From a virus (lineage: Duplodnaviria; Caudoviricetes): 58,942 nucleotides of DNA. This document shows positions 19,970 to 30,196 of the stretch, piece by piece (the stretch's first letter is position 1; the number at the start of each line of letters is the position of its first letter). The translations under genes were made by a program, and so were the position numbers. The DNA lies in IMG/VR virus record IMGVR_UViG_3300033143_005711, positions 1-58,942 of that record. One strand, 5' to 3'. A model generated the notes under the pieces. It was not told where the DNA came from and did no database searches. It saw only the letters and a list, made by a program, of their open reading frames with translations.

Positions 19970-20066
19970 TTAATAAAAAAACAAAAGATTTAAATAAGAA
20001 ACATACTTAAGTAATTCATAAGAAACCGGCAGGGTCGCTCCCTTAAAGCCAACACCTTATATTCAC

Positions 20067-20300
20067 ATGGCAACTAAAAAAAAATTAGGCTTCTTAGCCA
20101 AGCACAAGGAAAAATTAAGTAACTTAAAGGATTTTCTATTAACTGTAGTTGGATTTGGATTTATTATTAATATTATGCTCTTTGGAATTTTTGGATTATC
20201 TTTTACTTGGTATAGTTTTATATCTTATGGTATTCTTTATTATTTTTTGGATGTTGAATTAATTAAATGGATTAGGAAAATAAAATCTCCTCTAAGATAA
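20067..20300 (+). CDS. small 2-TM membrane protein
   Basis: two hydrophobic segments; promoter AAAGATTTAAATA at about 19984. Confidence 0.7.
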   Translation: MATKKKLGFLAKHKEKLSNLKDFLLTVVGFGFIINIMLFGIFGLSFTWYSFISYGILYYFLDVELIKWIRKIKSPLR

Positions 20301-20301
20301 A

Positions 20302-21774
20302 ATGACTTTTGGACAAATACTTGGGGTTGAAAAGACTATGACTTTGGCAGAGAATTCTTTACCAGTAGCCGGCAGGTCTGTAACTGTTTCTTCTTCAGAT
20401 TCTAAAACTGGAAATATTAGCCCAGCAGAATTAGAAAACACATATAGATATGACCCAATTACATTTAATTCCATAAATAAATCAGTACAAACAATAATGA
20501 GTGCAGGATATATGTTGGAAGCAAAAAGTGATAAAGTTAAAAAATGGTATAGGGATTTTTTCTCAAAAATTGGTTTAGTTGGAGACCAAATAACTACTCC
20601 TGAATTGCTATATACAATTTACCAAAACGAATTTATTTATGGTCAACATTTTATTGAAATAGTTTATAACAAAAATGAAACATCTATTGTTGATTTAAAG
20701 ACTCTTGACCCAAAAGAAATGGACTATGCAAGAAATTCTAGCCAAAACATTGTTTTAGATGAATTTGGAAAAATTGTAGGATATACCCAAACACTCCCAT
20801 ACTCTGTAGATACAGAAGGAAAAGGAGACCAAGTTCCAGAATCAGTAACATTAAATGCCCAGCAAATATTTTTACTCCCAAAAAGAATAGCCCATTTTAA
20901 ATTATACACTTACGGGGATAAATTTAACGCTGTAGGTTTAATTGAACCAGCATATAAATCAATAGTTAGAAGACAAAATATTGAAGAAGCACAAGCCAAT
21001 TCTATTTATGCTAGAGGAACCTATCCAGTTATAGATTATATTGGAGATGAAAATCATTTCCCAACACCAAATATGATTAAAGCTGCAACAGAGAAATTAA
21101 AATTATTACAACACAACAGATATTTTGCAGTACCTTACTGGCACAATATAAAACCTCTAGAAGTTAAACAATCAGAAGTTGTAGATAATACTCTTAAATA
21201 TCTTAGGGAAAATGCAAGCGCATCTCTTGGTTTACCAATTGCTTTGGCAACAGGAAGCGGAGAAGCAACAAATAGGGCGACTCTTGCTACCCAACAAAAG
21301 TTTTTAGAATATTCACTTAGAGATACAGTTCACAGAACAATGGCTCAATTTAGAGAACAAATATTTAAGAAGATAACAGTTCTTGAAAAATTTGATGAAA
21401 CACCTAAAATTGTTTGGGGTGATATAGATGTTGAAGATAAAGACGATAAGGCAAAAAGATTAGTTGCTTATGCAAACAACAAAGTTGGAATACTAAATCC
21501 AAAAGACGCAAGAGCATATGCTATGGGCTCTGAAAAATTAAAATTATTTGATGAATTTTCTCAAGACCTTAATAAGAAAGAAAAGAAAGTAGAACTAAGC
21601 AATAAAGATAATTTATCCAAGGAATTAAATGATACAAAAATTAAGTTGAATAAACTTTTGGAAAATGATAAAGAAATGAAAGAAAGAATAAAAAAATTAG
21701 AAAAAAATGATGGGGCTAATATTTACAAAAATCTTTCTCTATCCCCAGAAGAAATTCTAAAACTTATTGAGTGA
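20302..21774 (+). CDS. portal protein
   Basis: follows TerL; 490 aa; IAHFK..GLIEPAY, LGLPIAL-x-x-G-x-GE-x-TNRAT pattern. Confidence 0.85.
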   Translation: MTFGQILGVEKTMTLAENSLPVAGRSVTVSSSDSKTGNISPAELENTYRYDPITFNSINKSVQTIMSAGYMLEAKSDKVKKWYRDFFSKIGLVGDQITTPELLYTIYQNEFIYGQHFIEIVYNKNETSIVDLKTLDPKEMDYARNSSQNIVLDEFGKIVGYTQTLPYSVDTEGKGDQVPESVTLNAQQIFLLPKRIAHFKLYTYGDKFNAVGLIEPAYKSIVRRQNIEEAQANSIYARGTYPVIDYIGDENHFPTPNMIKAATEKLKLLQHNRYFAVPYWHNIKPLEVKQSEVVDNTLKYLRENASASLGLPIALATGSGEATNRATLATQQKFLEYSLRDTVHRTMAQFREQIFKKITVLEKFDETPKIVWGDIDVEDKDDKAKRLVAYANNKVGILNPKDARAYAMGSEKLKLFDEFSQDLNKKEKKVELSNKDNLSKELNDTKIKLNKLLENDKEMKERIKKLEKNDGANIYKNLSLSPEEILKLIE

Positions 21775-21782
21775 GGTTTTAT

Positions 21783-22160
21783 ATGGCAAGCAATGTTATT
21801 AAAAGAGATTCAGATGGGAGTACAATAGATATTTTTGAACAAGAAGCTGAACAAGCAGATGTTACTGCTAGAGCTAAAAGAGTTTTAATTGTTAATTCTG
21901 CTGGAACTGTTGTTAAATCCACCCTTCAAGAAGAAAATAGGTCTGGAGCAGATGCATCTGGTGCAGATGGTTCAACTGGAAGAATTTTAACTTTACAAAA
22001 TACAAGTGAATCTGGAAACCCTTCTTCTGTTTGGGTTGATGACCAAATAATTGCTGTTGCAGATTATACTGTGAGTCATCTTTCTGCTAGTTCAACAATA
22101 ACATTTGATAATATAAATTTATTTGATGCACAAACAGTGAGGGTGCAATATTATATATGA
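21783..22160 (+). CDS. small beta-rich virion-associated protein
   Basis: VWVDDQ...DYTVS...ITF...VRVQY pattern; GAGGT SD. Confidence 0.55.
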   Translation: MASNVIKRDSDGSTIDIFEQEAEQADVTARAKRVLIVNSAGTVVKSTLQEENRSGADASGADGSTGRILTLQNTSESGNPSSVWVDDQIIAVADYTVSHLSASSTITFDNINLFDAQTVRVQYYI

Positions 22161-25100
22161 TGAACTACAAGAAAATATTAGCTATTTTTTTAGCCATCTT
22201 ACTTACTGGCCTGACTCTTTCATTAGCTTCAGCAAGAATAGAAGTTTATGATTATGATGGATATAATCTTAGGCAAAAAATAAATTATACGCGTTTTGAT
22301 GCAGAAAATTTTACTGGGACGAGAATGAATTTAACTGAAAACGTTACTGCTAGTTGGTTTTCAGGAAAAATAAATTGGTCAGATATTCAACATAAATTTA
22401 TTGAGACTGTGGACAACATTTATATTTACATGTCTGGAACTACTGCTACTTTAAACGAAACAAAATTAAATAATACAATTGATTCTAGAGCAACTATTTT
22501 TAATGACTCAATTAAAAGCTATATTGATTCTCAAGACACCTCATTTAATGACACTATTGGAGCTTATGTCCTAGCAAAGAACAACACCTTGGGTGATTAT
22601 GTAATTGCTAAAAATAATTCATTAGGGTCATATATTGTAACAAAGAATAACTCAATGGGAACATATGTTAGGGCTCAAGATGTAATCTACAACACCACAA
22701 TGGGAACCTATGTTATTGCAAAAAATGCAACAATGGGAACTTATGCTCGAGCTCAAGATTTAATACAAGCAAAGAATGATAGTCTTGCAACTTGGGCTTC
22801 GGGCAAATTTATTGCTCAATCAGATGAAGGAAATTTAGATGTTAATTCTTCCACTTGGTGGGCTGGTTTAACTGCTTGGACAAGTGGTTGGTTTACAGAA
22901 GTTTCAAATAGTTTAGGATTTAATGCTACAAAGTTAAATGAGACTATTGGAATTTATAATGATTCTATGAAAGCATATTCAGATGCAAAAGATGTTTCTT
23001 ATAATTCTACAATGGGTTCTTATGTAATTGCTAAGAATAACACTATGGGTGCATATGTAATTGCAAAAAATGCATCAATGGGCTCATATGTTAATGCTCA
23101 AGACTTAAGCTATAATTCCACAATTGGAACATATATTTTAGCTAAGAATTCCTCAATGGGGAATTATGTGATTGCAAAGAATAACACAATGGGTTCTTAT
23201 GTAATTGCTAAGAATAATACACTTGGAGTATATGTTTTAGCTAAAAACAATTCAATGGGAACATATGTTAGGGCTCAAGATGTAATCTACAACACCACAA
23301 TGGGAACCTATGTTATTGCAAAAAATGCAACAATGGGAACTTATGCTCGAGCTCAAGATTTAATAGTTGCAGTAAATACAACGCAAGCGGATTGGGCGGA
23401 TAATAAATTTGTGGTAAATTCTGGTGGAGATAGTTTAAATGGACAATATGATTTTAATGGTGGATGGACTTCTAACGGGTTAAGTATAATAGATGGAAAT
23501 ATTTATGCTCAAACAGGATATTTCTATAATCTTACAGGATTGGATGTTAACACATTAAAGATAAATGGTTCTATTTTACCTCAAGTTGGATATGATAATC
23601 AATTTAATATTGGTTCAAGTTCTTTAAGGTGGAAAGACCTATATTTAGGTGGAGAAGTATTTTCAAACGGAACTGGAAATAATTATTTTTTAGGTAATGT
23701 TGGTATTGGAACAAGTAGTCCTGCAACAGATTTAGAAATAGTTAATAATACTCGTATTTCAGGAGCTGTTTTAAGAATAACAAATAGTGCTGAAAGTAGT
23801 TCATGGGTTGCGGGGGATGAAATGGGTTCTATTGAATTTTCTCAAACTGATGCTTCAGTTCCAAATAAATTAAGAGGAAAGATTGTAAGTATTGCTGAAT
23901 CCGGAGGTAATGCTGTTGCAGATGTTGGTTTAGCTTTTCATACAACTACTGATTTAGGGGTTACACTTCCTGAAAGGATGAGGATAAATCATGCAGGTAA
24001 TGTTGGAATTGGAACTGCTAGTCCTCAAAAATTATTACATTTAAATGGAGCTGGAGCCACTATAAGATTACAATCAGATGGAAGTAGTGATACAAGCATG
24101 CAATTTTATGATGGGGCAACGCAAAAGGGACAAATTTTATGGGACGAATCAGATGGAGTTATGAAGTTTGTAGCAGGCACAACTTCAAATGTGAACCATT
24201 TAATTATTGATTCCACAGGTAATGTTGGTATAGGAACTGATAGTCCTGATAGTAAATTAGATGTTCAGGGTGTTGATAATACAAATATTTTCCAAGTAAA
24301 AAGAACTGGTGGAGATGTAGTTGCAAGAATAAGAGCTGATTCTGATGGAGATGGATTACTTGTTTTAGAAAATAGTTCAAGTGATAATAAAGTTTTTTTA
24401 TATTCAAATGGAGACTCTTATTTTAATGGTGGTAATGTTGGAATTGGGACAACAACACCTGGAAATACTTTAAATGTTTTAGGTGATTTTAATGTTACAG
24501 GAAATACTTATTTTGGAAGTGATTTAAATTTAGATAATAACACTTTACAAGATGTTTATTGTGTAAATTTTTCAAATGGAGATACAATGTGTAGTGGTGG
24601 TTCAATTTCAATTAATATAGATGGTAATGAAAGATTATTATTAGGAGAAAATTATTCTCAATTTACATTAGATGTGAGAAATGTAGATAATATAAATGAT
24701 TGGTCAAGATTTTCAGAAAGAAATGAAAATAATGGGACTCATGCAATAGCTGGATTTACAGCACAAAATATAGATGGAGATGAAATAAGGATGGGAATAA
24801 CTTCAAGAGGTTTTAGTGTTGGAAATGCAAATCTCATAGGGGGGCAAAGTGGATTATTTTCAAATTCAAGTTCAGGAATAATGGGATTTAGTTTAGGGTA
24901 TAATATTGGCGGATTTAATTGGAGAACTAATCCTTTTAATGATGGCTCTCATGAAAATACAACAAAAATTTTAATGGATTTAGATAGTAATGGAAATTTA
25001 AATGTAACTGGAAATATAACAGCAAATAATTTTTATGGAGAAATTTATGGTGTAAATATCGGGGAAGTTATAATCGCATCATCTGGAGTTTATTATAATA

Positions 25101-25450
25101 TCACTAATACAACTTCTGGATTAAATAATGGATTCACATTCAATTCAAGTGGTCAAGGAGAATTAACAACAGAAAAAGCAGGAGTTTATTCTGTAACTTC
25201 ACAAATGAGTTTTTCAGATGGAGCAAATACTTTATTTCATATTACATTGGGAATTAATGGGGTCGGACAAAATAAATGTGAAGGTGGTAGAAAGATTGGA
25301 ACAGGTGGAGATGAAGGTTCTGCAAGTTATACTTGTTTTATTAATTTAAATATTGGAGATAAAATTAATGCAATGATTGTAAATGAAGATAATACAAACA
25401 ACCCAACAATAAATAGAGTTCAATTAAATTTGGTGAGGATTGGAAACTAA
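22157..25450 (+). CDS. exported fibre/adhesin-like protein: signal peptide, 11-aa repeat stalk, GNVGIGT repeats, C-terminal beta head
   Basis: KKILAIFLAILLTGLTLSLASA; MGxYVIAKNNT repeats; four GNVGIGT. Confidence 0.75.
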   Translation: MMNYKKILAIFLAILLTGLTLSLASARIEVYDYDGYNLRQKINYTRFDAENFTGTRMNLTENVTASWFSGKINWSDIQHKFIETVDNIYIYMSGTTATLNETKLNNTIDSRATIFNDSIKSYIDSQDTSFNDTIGAYVLAKNNTLGDYVIAKNNSLGSYIVTKNNSMGTYVRAQDVIYNTTMGTYVIAKNATMGTYARAQDLIQAKNDSLATWASGKFIAQSDEGNLDVNSSTWWAGLTAWTSGWFTEVSNSLGFNATKLNETIGIYNDSMKAYSDAKDVSYNSTMGSYVIAKNNTMGAYVIAKNASMGSYVNAQDLSYNSTIGTYILAKNSSMGNYVIAKNNTMGSYVIAKNNTLGVYVLAKNNSMGTYVRAQDVIYNTTMGTYVIAKNATMGTYARAQDLIVAVNTTQADWADNKFVVNSGGDSLNGQYDFNGGWTSNGLSIIDGNIYAQTGYFYNLTGLDVNTLKINGSILPQVGYDNQFNIGSSSLRWKDLYLGGEVFSNGTGNNYFLGNVGIGTSSPATDLEIVNNTRISGAVLRITNSAESSSWVAGDEMGSIEFSQTDASVPNKLRGKIVSIAESGGNAVADVGLAFHTTTDLGVTLPERMRINHAGNVGIGTASPQKLLHLNGAGATIRLQSDGSSDTSMQFYDGATQKGQILWDESDGVMKFVAGTTSNVNHLIIDSTGNVGIGTDSPDSKLDVQGVDNTNIFQVKRTGGDVVARIRADSDGDGLLVLENSSSDNKVFLYSNGDSYFNGGNVGIGTTTPGNTLNVLGDFNVTGNTYFGSDLNLDNNTLQDVYCVNFSNGDTMCSGGSISINIDGNERLLLGENYSQFTLDVRNVDNINDWSRFSERNENNGTHAIAGFTAQNIDGDEIRMGITSRGFSVGNANLIGGQSGLFSNSSSGIMGFSLGYNIGGFNWRTNPFNDGSHENTTKILMDLDSNGNLNVTGNITANNFYGEIYGVNIGEVIIASSGVYYNITNTTSGLNNGFTFNSSGQGELTTEKAGVYSVTSQMSFSDGANTLFHITLGINGVGQNKCEGGRKIGTGGDEGSASYTCFINLNIGDKINAMIVNEDNTNNPTINRVQLNLVRIGN
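22652..23365. repeat. 114-bp exact direct repeat (22652-22765 and 23252-23365) within the stalk
   Basis: identical tcaatgggaacatatgtt...caagatttaata copies 600 bp apart. Confidence 0.9.
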
Positions 25451-25842
25451 TGGAAGCAATAACAAAACAAAATATAGGAATTGGAGCCACCTCTATTATG
25501 GCAATTTTAGCTTTAGTTTTACAATTTGGATTTGTTGGACAAGACAATGTTTATGCTTGTGAAGATTTAGGAATTGCTATGCAATGTCCTGAAGGTTTAA
25601 GCAAGGTAAATCCTAATGGTCTTCAAACACAATGTAAGTTTTTTTCAGAAAAGTTAAATCGTTCAACATATAAAAAATGTAAAACTGGCTGGTTACCTTA
25701 TGACCCTAAAATTGAAAGCAAAACATTAAATTTTTCAAGGGAGAACCCAGTATATTTACTTTGTGAAAAAACAAATGAAGTAATTAATGAATGTCAAATA
25801 ATAGACCAAAATGAAACAATTTATAAAGTGGAGGTTAATTAA
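25450..25842 (+). CDS. membrane-anchored Cys-rich protein
   Basis: N-terminal TM; six Cys; sequons NRS, NFS, NET. Confidence 0.7.
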   Translation: MEAITKQNIGIGATSIMAILALVLQFGFVGQDNVYACEDLGIAMQCPEGLSKVNPNGLQTQCKFFSEKLNRSTYKKCKTGWLPYDPKIESKTLNFSRENPVYLLCEKTNEVINECQIIDQNETIYKVEVN

Positions 25843-25848
25843 TATAGC

Positions 25849-26142
25849 ATGGCATGGAACTTCCCAGAAGGAATTGAAAAAGAACAAAAGATTTCTGAAT
25901 TGGATAATTTATCATTAGAAGATTACCATGGTAAAATGCATATTTTTTGGGATAAATTAAAAGACGGGTTTATTTTTGATTGGACATTTAGAGATATATT
26001 TCAAAAACATAAAGAAACAGTTATAGAACTTATTAAAAGAAAAATAAGGCATATTAATCCAATAAATAATTTAGATTTAGTCCCTTTAACTAAAGGAAAA
26101 GAAGAAATGAAAGACTTTTTAAAGTCAATAGTAAAGAAATAG
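25849..26142 (+). CDS. hypothetical protein
   Basis: GGAGGT SD; ORF in operon. Confidence 0.6.
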   Translation: MAWNFPEGIEKEQKISELDNLSLEDYHGKMHIFWDKLKDGFIFDWTFRDIFQKHKETVIELIKRKIRHINPINNLDLVPLTKGKEEMKDFLKSIVKK

Positions 26143-26154
26143 AAAGTACATAAA

Positions 26155-26195
26155 TGTAGTTATACATAACTACAAAAATAGAAAGATTTAAATAG
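26155..26195 (+). promoter_or_regulatory. palindromic operator-like site plus BRE/TATA of the head operon
   Basis: TGTAGTTAT-AC-ATAACTACA followed by GAAAGATTTAAATAG. Confidence 0.6.
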
Positions 26196-26215
26196 TTAAT
26201 AGATTTACATATTTC

Positions 26216-27214
26216 ATGGAATCTAAAACTGCAATACTTTTTTCTGAATTAGAAAATATTCAACCAGTGTCAATTCCAGATGTTTTACTTATTTGTCCAG
26301 GCAATTGGAACGAAGTTGATTATACTGGAAAGGAATTAAAGAAAGCATTTGAATTAACAGATTGGGAAGATAAAAGCAATACTCATTTATATTTAGACCA
26401 CCAAGACACACAAAAAAGAGGGGTTGGAAATTGGGCAGGATATGTTAAAAATATTAGGTTAATTGGAAATGATTTGTATGGTGATTTAGAATTATGGAAT
26501 TTGCAAATGGCAACCTATCTTAAAGCTGCTAAAGCTAAATTTGGAATTTCTGCTACACTTAAGGGGATGTACAATGAAAAATCAAATACCATGGAAAACT
26601 TTAGATATGAAAGTTTTAGCATCGTAACTGAACCAGCCTGTGCACCAGCATATATTAATTTATCTAAGGAAAAGGAATTAAATGCTAATGAAAAAGAAAT
26701 TAGTGTTACACTTGGAAAATTAGATTTATCTTTGACACAACTGAAAGGAGGTTTAAAAAATAATATGCTTAAAGAAGAAAAAAAGCTAGAAGAAGAATCT
26801 AAAGAGGAACCTGTTGAAGAAGTTAAAGAGGAACCTAAAGAAGAATCTGAATCTAAAGAAGCCCCTGAAGAAAAAAAGGAAGAAGTAGAAGAAGAAAAAT
26901 CTGACCTTTCAGCTAATGGTTTGAAAGAACTTTCAACTAAAGTTGATGCATTAACTGAAAAATTAAGTGCTTTCGTTTCTGCTTTTGAAAAAAGCTTACA
27001 ATCTGAGGAAAAAGTTGAAGAAGCCCCAAAGGAAGAAGCTAAAGAAGAAGTAGTGGAAGAAAAAGAAGATGAACTTGCAAAAGTTCAAAAAGAACTTGCT
27101 GCATTACAAGAAAAAGTAAATGCACCAGTAAGTAAAACACTATCTTCATCATCAGGAGCATCTAACGCCGACCCAAACGTGGGCATGCTTAACTTTTTAA
27201 AGAGAAGAGTTTAA
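26216..27214 (+). CDS. prohead protease with C-terminal acidic scaffold
   Basis: LYLDH, FGISA, FSIVTEPAC; Glu/Lys-rich coiled coil; directly upstream of the capsid gene. Confidence 0.8.
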   Translation: MESKTAILFSELENIQPVSIPDVLLICPGNWNEVDYTGKELKKAFELTDWEDKSNTHLYLDHQDTQKRGVGNWAGYVKNIRLIGNDLYGDLELWNLQMATYLKAAKAKFGISATLKGMYNEKSNTMENFRYESFSIVTEPACAPAYINLSKEKELNANEKEISVTLGKLDLSLTQLKGGLKNNMLKEEKKLEEESKEEPVEEVKEEPKEESESKEAPEEKKEEVEEEKSDLSANGLKELSTKVDALTEKLSAFVSAFEKSLQSEEKVEEAPKEEAKEEVVEEKEDELAKVQKELAALQEKVNAPVSKTLSSSSGASNADPNVGMLNFLKRRV

Positions 27215-27215
27215 A

Positions 27216-28301
27216 ATGAAAGAAACAATACAAGAATTAGCCACAGGAAGAACAAAACAATCTGATGTAGAAGGTTCAGCAACATCAAGTACAGCTTTAG
27301 AACCAGCAGTTTGGTTAAAAGTTATTATTGATGCAGCTAAAACAAGATTATTCTTTACAAATTTTGTTTACACAACAAATTTACAAAAAGGACAAAAAGA
27401 TGTAGTTATCCCATATAGGAGTTTATATCTTGGAAGTACAGGAATAACATACGCTACAAGTACACCTAACGATGCTACAGCAATTACCTCAACTAAACTT
27501 GATAACTTAGATGGTGTTACAATTACACCAGCTATGCAAGCAAGTAGAATTACAATTGGTAATTATGCTTTGAACACAAATGCTATCGATTTAATTAGAG
27601 CAGCTCAAGAAGAACTAACTTACTCTATTGGAGATAAGGTAGACGCTTATGTAGCAACTCAAATTGGAGACGCATCAAGTTCAACAAGTTCAGCAACTGG
27701 AGCACAAACACTTTATGGTGGAGATGCTACAAGTGATGCAACTTTAGCAACAGGAGATATTATAACAACTGATTTAGTTGCAGAAGGTAGAAAGTTACTT
27801 ATGAGTAAGAATAAACAATATAGAGCAAGTACAGGTACTGGAGGAGGCTATGGAGCAGTTTCAGGAACTGTTACTGGAAATCCATGGATAAGTTCACCAG
27901 ATGACCCATTTGTTTTATTTATTGGTCCATCACAAGAAGAAGCTTTCCTAAAAGATTCACAGTTTGTTAACGCAGCTGAATATGGAAATAATGAAATCGT
28001 TATGAATGGTGAAATTGGAAGATACCTTGGAATAAAGATTGTTGTTACAAATAATGTTGAACAAGTAGCAAGCGGTTCAGAAGGTCCAGATGCAGAAACA
28101 GCTAACGCTGGAGCAACTATGACTAGATGTATTATGATGAAAGGTAAAAAAGCATGTGCTTTAGCATGGGGACAAAAACCTTCACTAAAGTTCTATGACA
28201 ATATACCAGAAGTTTCACAAGACGTTGTCTTAGAAACAGCTTATGCAGCTAGTGTTGTACACGCAGATGCAATAGTATTCATCGACGTATCAGACGCTTA
28301 G
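27216..28301 (+). CDS. major capsid protein (HK97 fold)
   Basis: LEPAVW...; FLKDSQFVNAAEYG; GEIGRYLGIKIVVTNNV; position. Confidence 0.9.
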   Translation: MKETIQELATGRTKQSDVEGSATSSTALEPAVWLKVIIDAAKTRLFFTNFVYTTNLQKGQKDVVIPYRSLYLGSTGITYATSTPNDATAITSTKLDNLDGVTITPAMQASRITIGNYALNTNAIDLIRAAQEELTYSIGDKVDAYVATQIGDASSSTSSATGAQTLYGGDATSDATLATGDIITTDLVAEGRKLLMSKNKQYRASTGTGGGYGAVSGTVTGNPWISSPDDPFVLFIGPSQEEAFLKDSQFVNAAEYGNNEIVMNGEIGRYLGIKIVVTNNVEQVASGSEGPDAETANAGATMTRCIMMKGKKACALAWGQKPSLKFYDNIPEVSQDVVLETAYAASVVHADAIVFIDVSDA

Positions 28302-28309
28302 ATTTAATA

Positions 28310-28336
28310 AATTTTTTAATTTTTTTTTGTTTTTTT
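28310..28336 (+). terminator. T-rich archaeal-type terminator after the capsid gene
   Basis: long oligo-T runs. Confidence 0.55.
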
Positions 28337-28347
28337 ATAAAACAAAA

Positions 28348-28448
28348 GGGTATCTACGAGCCCAGGGAGTAGGCGGGTTGTTCACGATAAGAACTTCATA
28401 TTCAACACTCTCAACGAAAGTTGATTGAGTCCCTCTTAGGAGGTTGAG
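28348..28448 (+). ncRNA. candidate structured RNA (pseudoknot plus three-way junction)
   Basis: GC-rich island; UCAAC-GAAA-GUUGA, CCUC-UUAG-GAGG and GUUC/GAAC hairpins. Confidence 0.45.
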
Positions 28449-28547
28449 GTTAAAAATGAAAACACAAATAAAAAAAACCGATTTGCAAGTTTTTAATAAT
28501 TTTAATTCTATTATATTTATACAGATGAAAGGAGGTTTAGAAAAAAA

Positions 28548-30155
28548 ATGAGTAGAAAATTTGGGTGGCACAGTGGAACTGTTACTGCCCAAGATGGTAA
28601 ATTTAAAGGAGATTTATATGTTCAAGATGATATTGTATTCTCAGACGTAAGCGCAGGAGTTTTAGGAGTTACTGGTGGAATTGATATGACTGGCACAACT
28701 AGCGCAGTTGGTCTTGATTTTAATACTGGAACTTTTTCAACAGCTGAAATAAGATTAGGTAATGCAGCAACAATTGACAATTCAACAAACGGGATAGTTA
28801 TTTGTACTGAACCTACTTGGAATTTCAGAGCAACAACTGGATTTATACATTCTTATGATGCAAGTAATTATTTAACTTCAACTGTGGCTTCTAATGGTGT
28901 TTGTAAATTAGCAACAACTGGAAGTGCAGATAGTTTTGAAATAGAAACTTCTGATGGTGGAATTACTTTGGATGCAGCAAATAATATTACATTAGATGCT
29001 GGAACTGGAGATGTTGATTTTACTACAGATGCTTTATTTGCAACAGCTGAAAAATGTCAATTTAGAGATACTGGTTTATATATTCACTCAAGTACAGATG
29101 GTCAATTAGATATTGTAGCAGATACTACTGTAGCAATTTCAGGTGCTTTAACTGCTGATTCAACATTTGTATTAACAGGGGATTTCACTTGTAATGGTGG
29201 AGATATTACTATTACCGAAACTGCTGATACAGCAACAGGTGCAGAAATTAATCTTAGTCAAGTTAGTGCAAGTCCAGCAGCAAATGATAATGTTGGTATC
29301 CTTAACTTTTTGGGTAAAGATGATGGTGGTTCAGATACTGAAACATATGCTCAAATTACAGGAACAATTGATGACCCAGCAGATGGTGCTGAATTTGGAA
29401 GTATTAGATTTTCAGTATTAAATGGTACTGGCTCTACATTAGTAGCTTGTGGTAGAATATATAATGATGGAAGTTATGGAACAATAGCAGCAGGTAGTGG
29501 TGCAGCAGCTGGTGTAATTAAATCTGTAGGGGATTACGATTTAATTATTGAAACAGGTAATTCTACAACAGGAACTATTACTCTTACTGATGGAGCTAAT
29601 GGAAATATTACTTTAGCTACAAATGGTACAGGGATATTTGATGTTAATAGTGTACTTAATGTTGAAGATACAATTACTGGTGGTGCATCTAATGGAAATA
29701 TTATTAAGAAAACATTACAAGCTGGAGAAGCTTATACTGGAACAACTGCTGGTTTAATGGTTAAATGTTATGATGCCGATGGAACTGTAACAGTTCCAAG
29801 TGGTGAATTTACTGGATTATATGTTAATCTTAAAGGTTTACATACAGACCCAGGAAATAATACTTCTTTAATATCAGCACATGTTCATGCAAGTAATACT
29901 ACAACCGTTCACGCAGGATTGTGGTTATATGGAGATATGACTAATGGTGTGAAAATGAGTGGTTCAACTTTAACATCTGCAATTGATATTAGTGAAGCAA
30001 CAGCAGTAACACATTTATTCGATTTACCAGCTGGAGGAACAGCCCCAGTAACAGCAGCAACAGGTGCAGTAGGAAATACTACACATAAAATTGCTATTGA
30101 TATTGGAGGTACTACAAGATATTTAGTTGTTTATGACGATATTGCAGCTTCTTAA
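28548..30155 (+). CDS. Gly/Thr/Asp-rich fibre or head decoration protein
   Basis: beta-solenoid-like composition; C-terminal IAIDIGGTTRYLVVY; after the capsid gene. Confidence 0.65.
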   Translation: MSRKFGWHSGTVTAQDGKFKGDLYVQDDIVFSDVSAGVLGVTGGIDMTGTTSAVGLDFNTGTFSTAEIRLGNAATIDNSTNGIVICTEPTWNFRATTGFIHSYDASNYLTSTVASNGVCKLATTGSADSFEIETSDGGITLDAANNITLDAGTGDVDFTTDALFATAEKCQFRDTGLYIHSSTDGQLDIVADTTVAISGALTADSTFVLTGDFTCNGGDITITETADTATGAEINLSQVSASPAANDNVGILNFLGKDDGGSDTETYAQITGTIDDPADGAEFGSIRFSVLNGTGSTLVACGRIYNDGSYGTIAAGSGAAAGVIKSVGDYDLIIETGNSTTGTITLTDGANGNITLATNGTGIFDVNSVLNVEDTITGGASNGNIIKKTLQAGEAYTGTTAGLMVKCYDADGTVTVPSGEFTGLYVNLKGLHTDPGNNTSLISAHVHASNTTTVHAGLWLYGDMTNGVKMSGSTLTSAIDISEATAVTHLFDLPAGGTAPVTAATGAVGNTTHKIAIDIGGTTRYLVVYDDIAAS

Positions 30156-30196
30156 ATAATCAAAACATTTAAAAACTCAAAAATATTTAATTGCAC

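Noticed and set aside
22652-23365. 114-bp repeat pair as a DGR template/variable region
   Set aside because: The copies are identical, show no adenine-specific differences, and no reverse transcriptase is present
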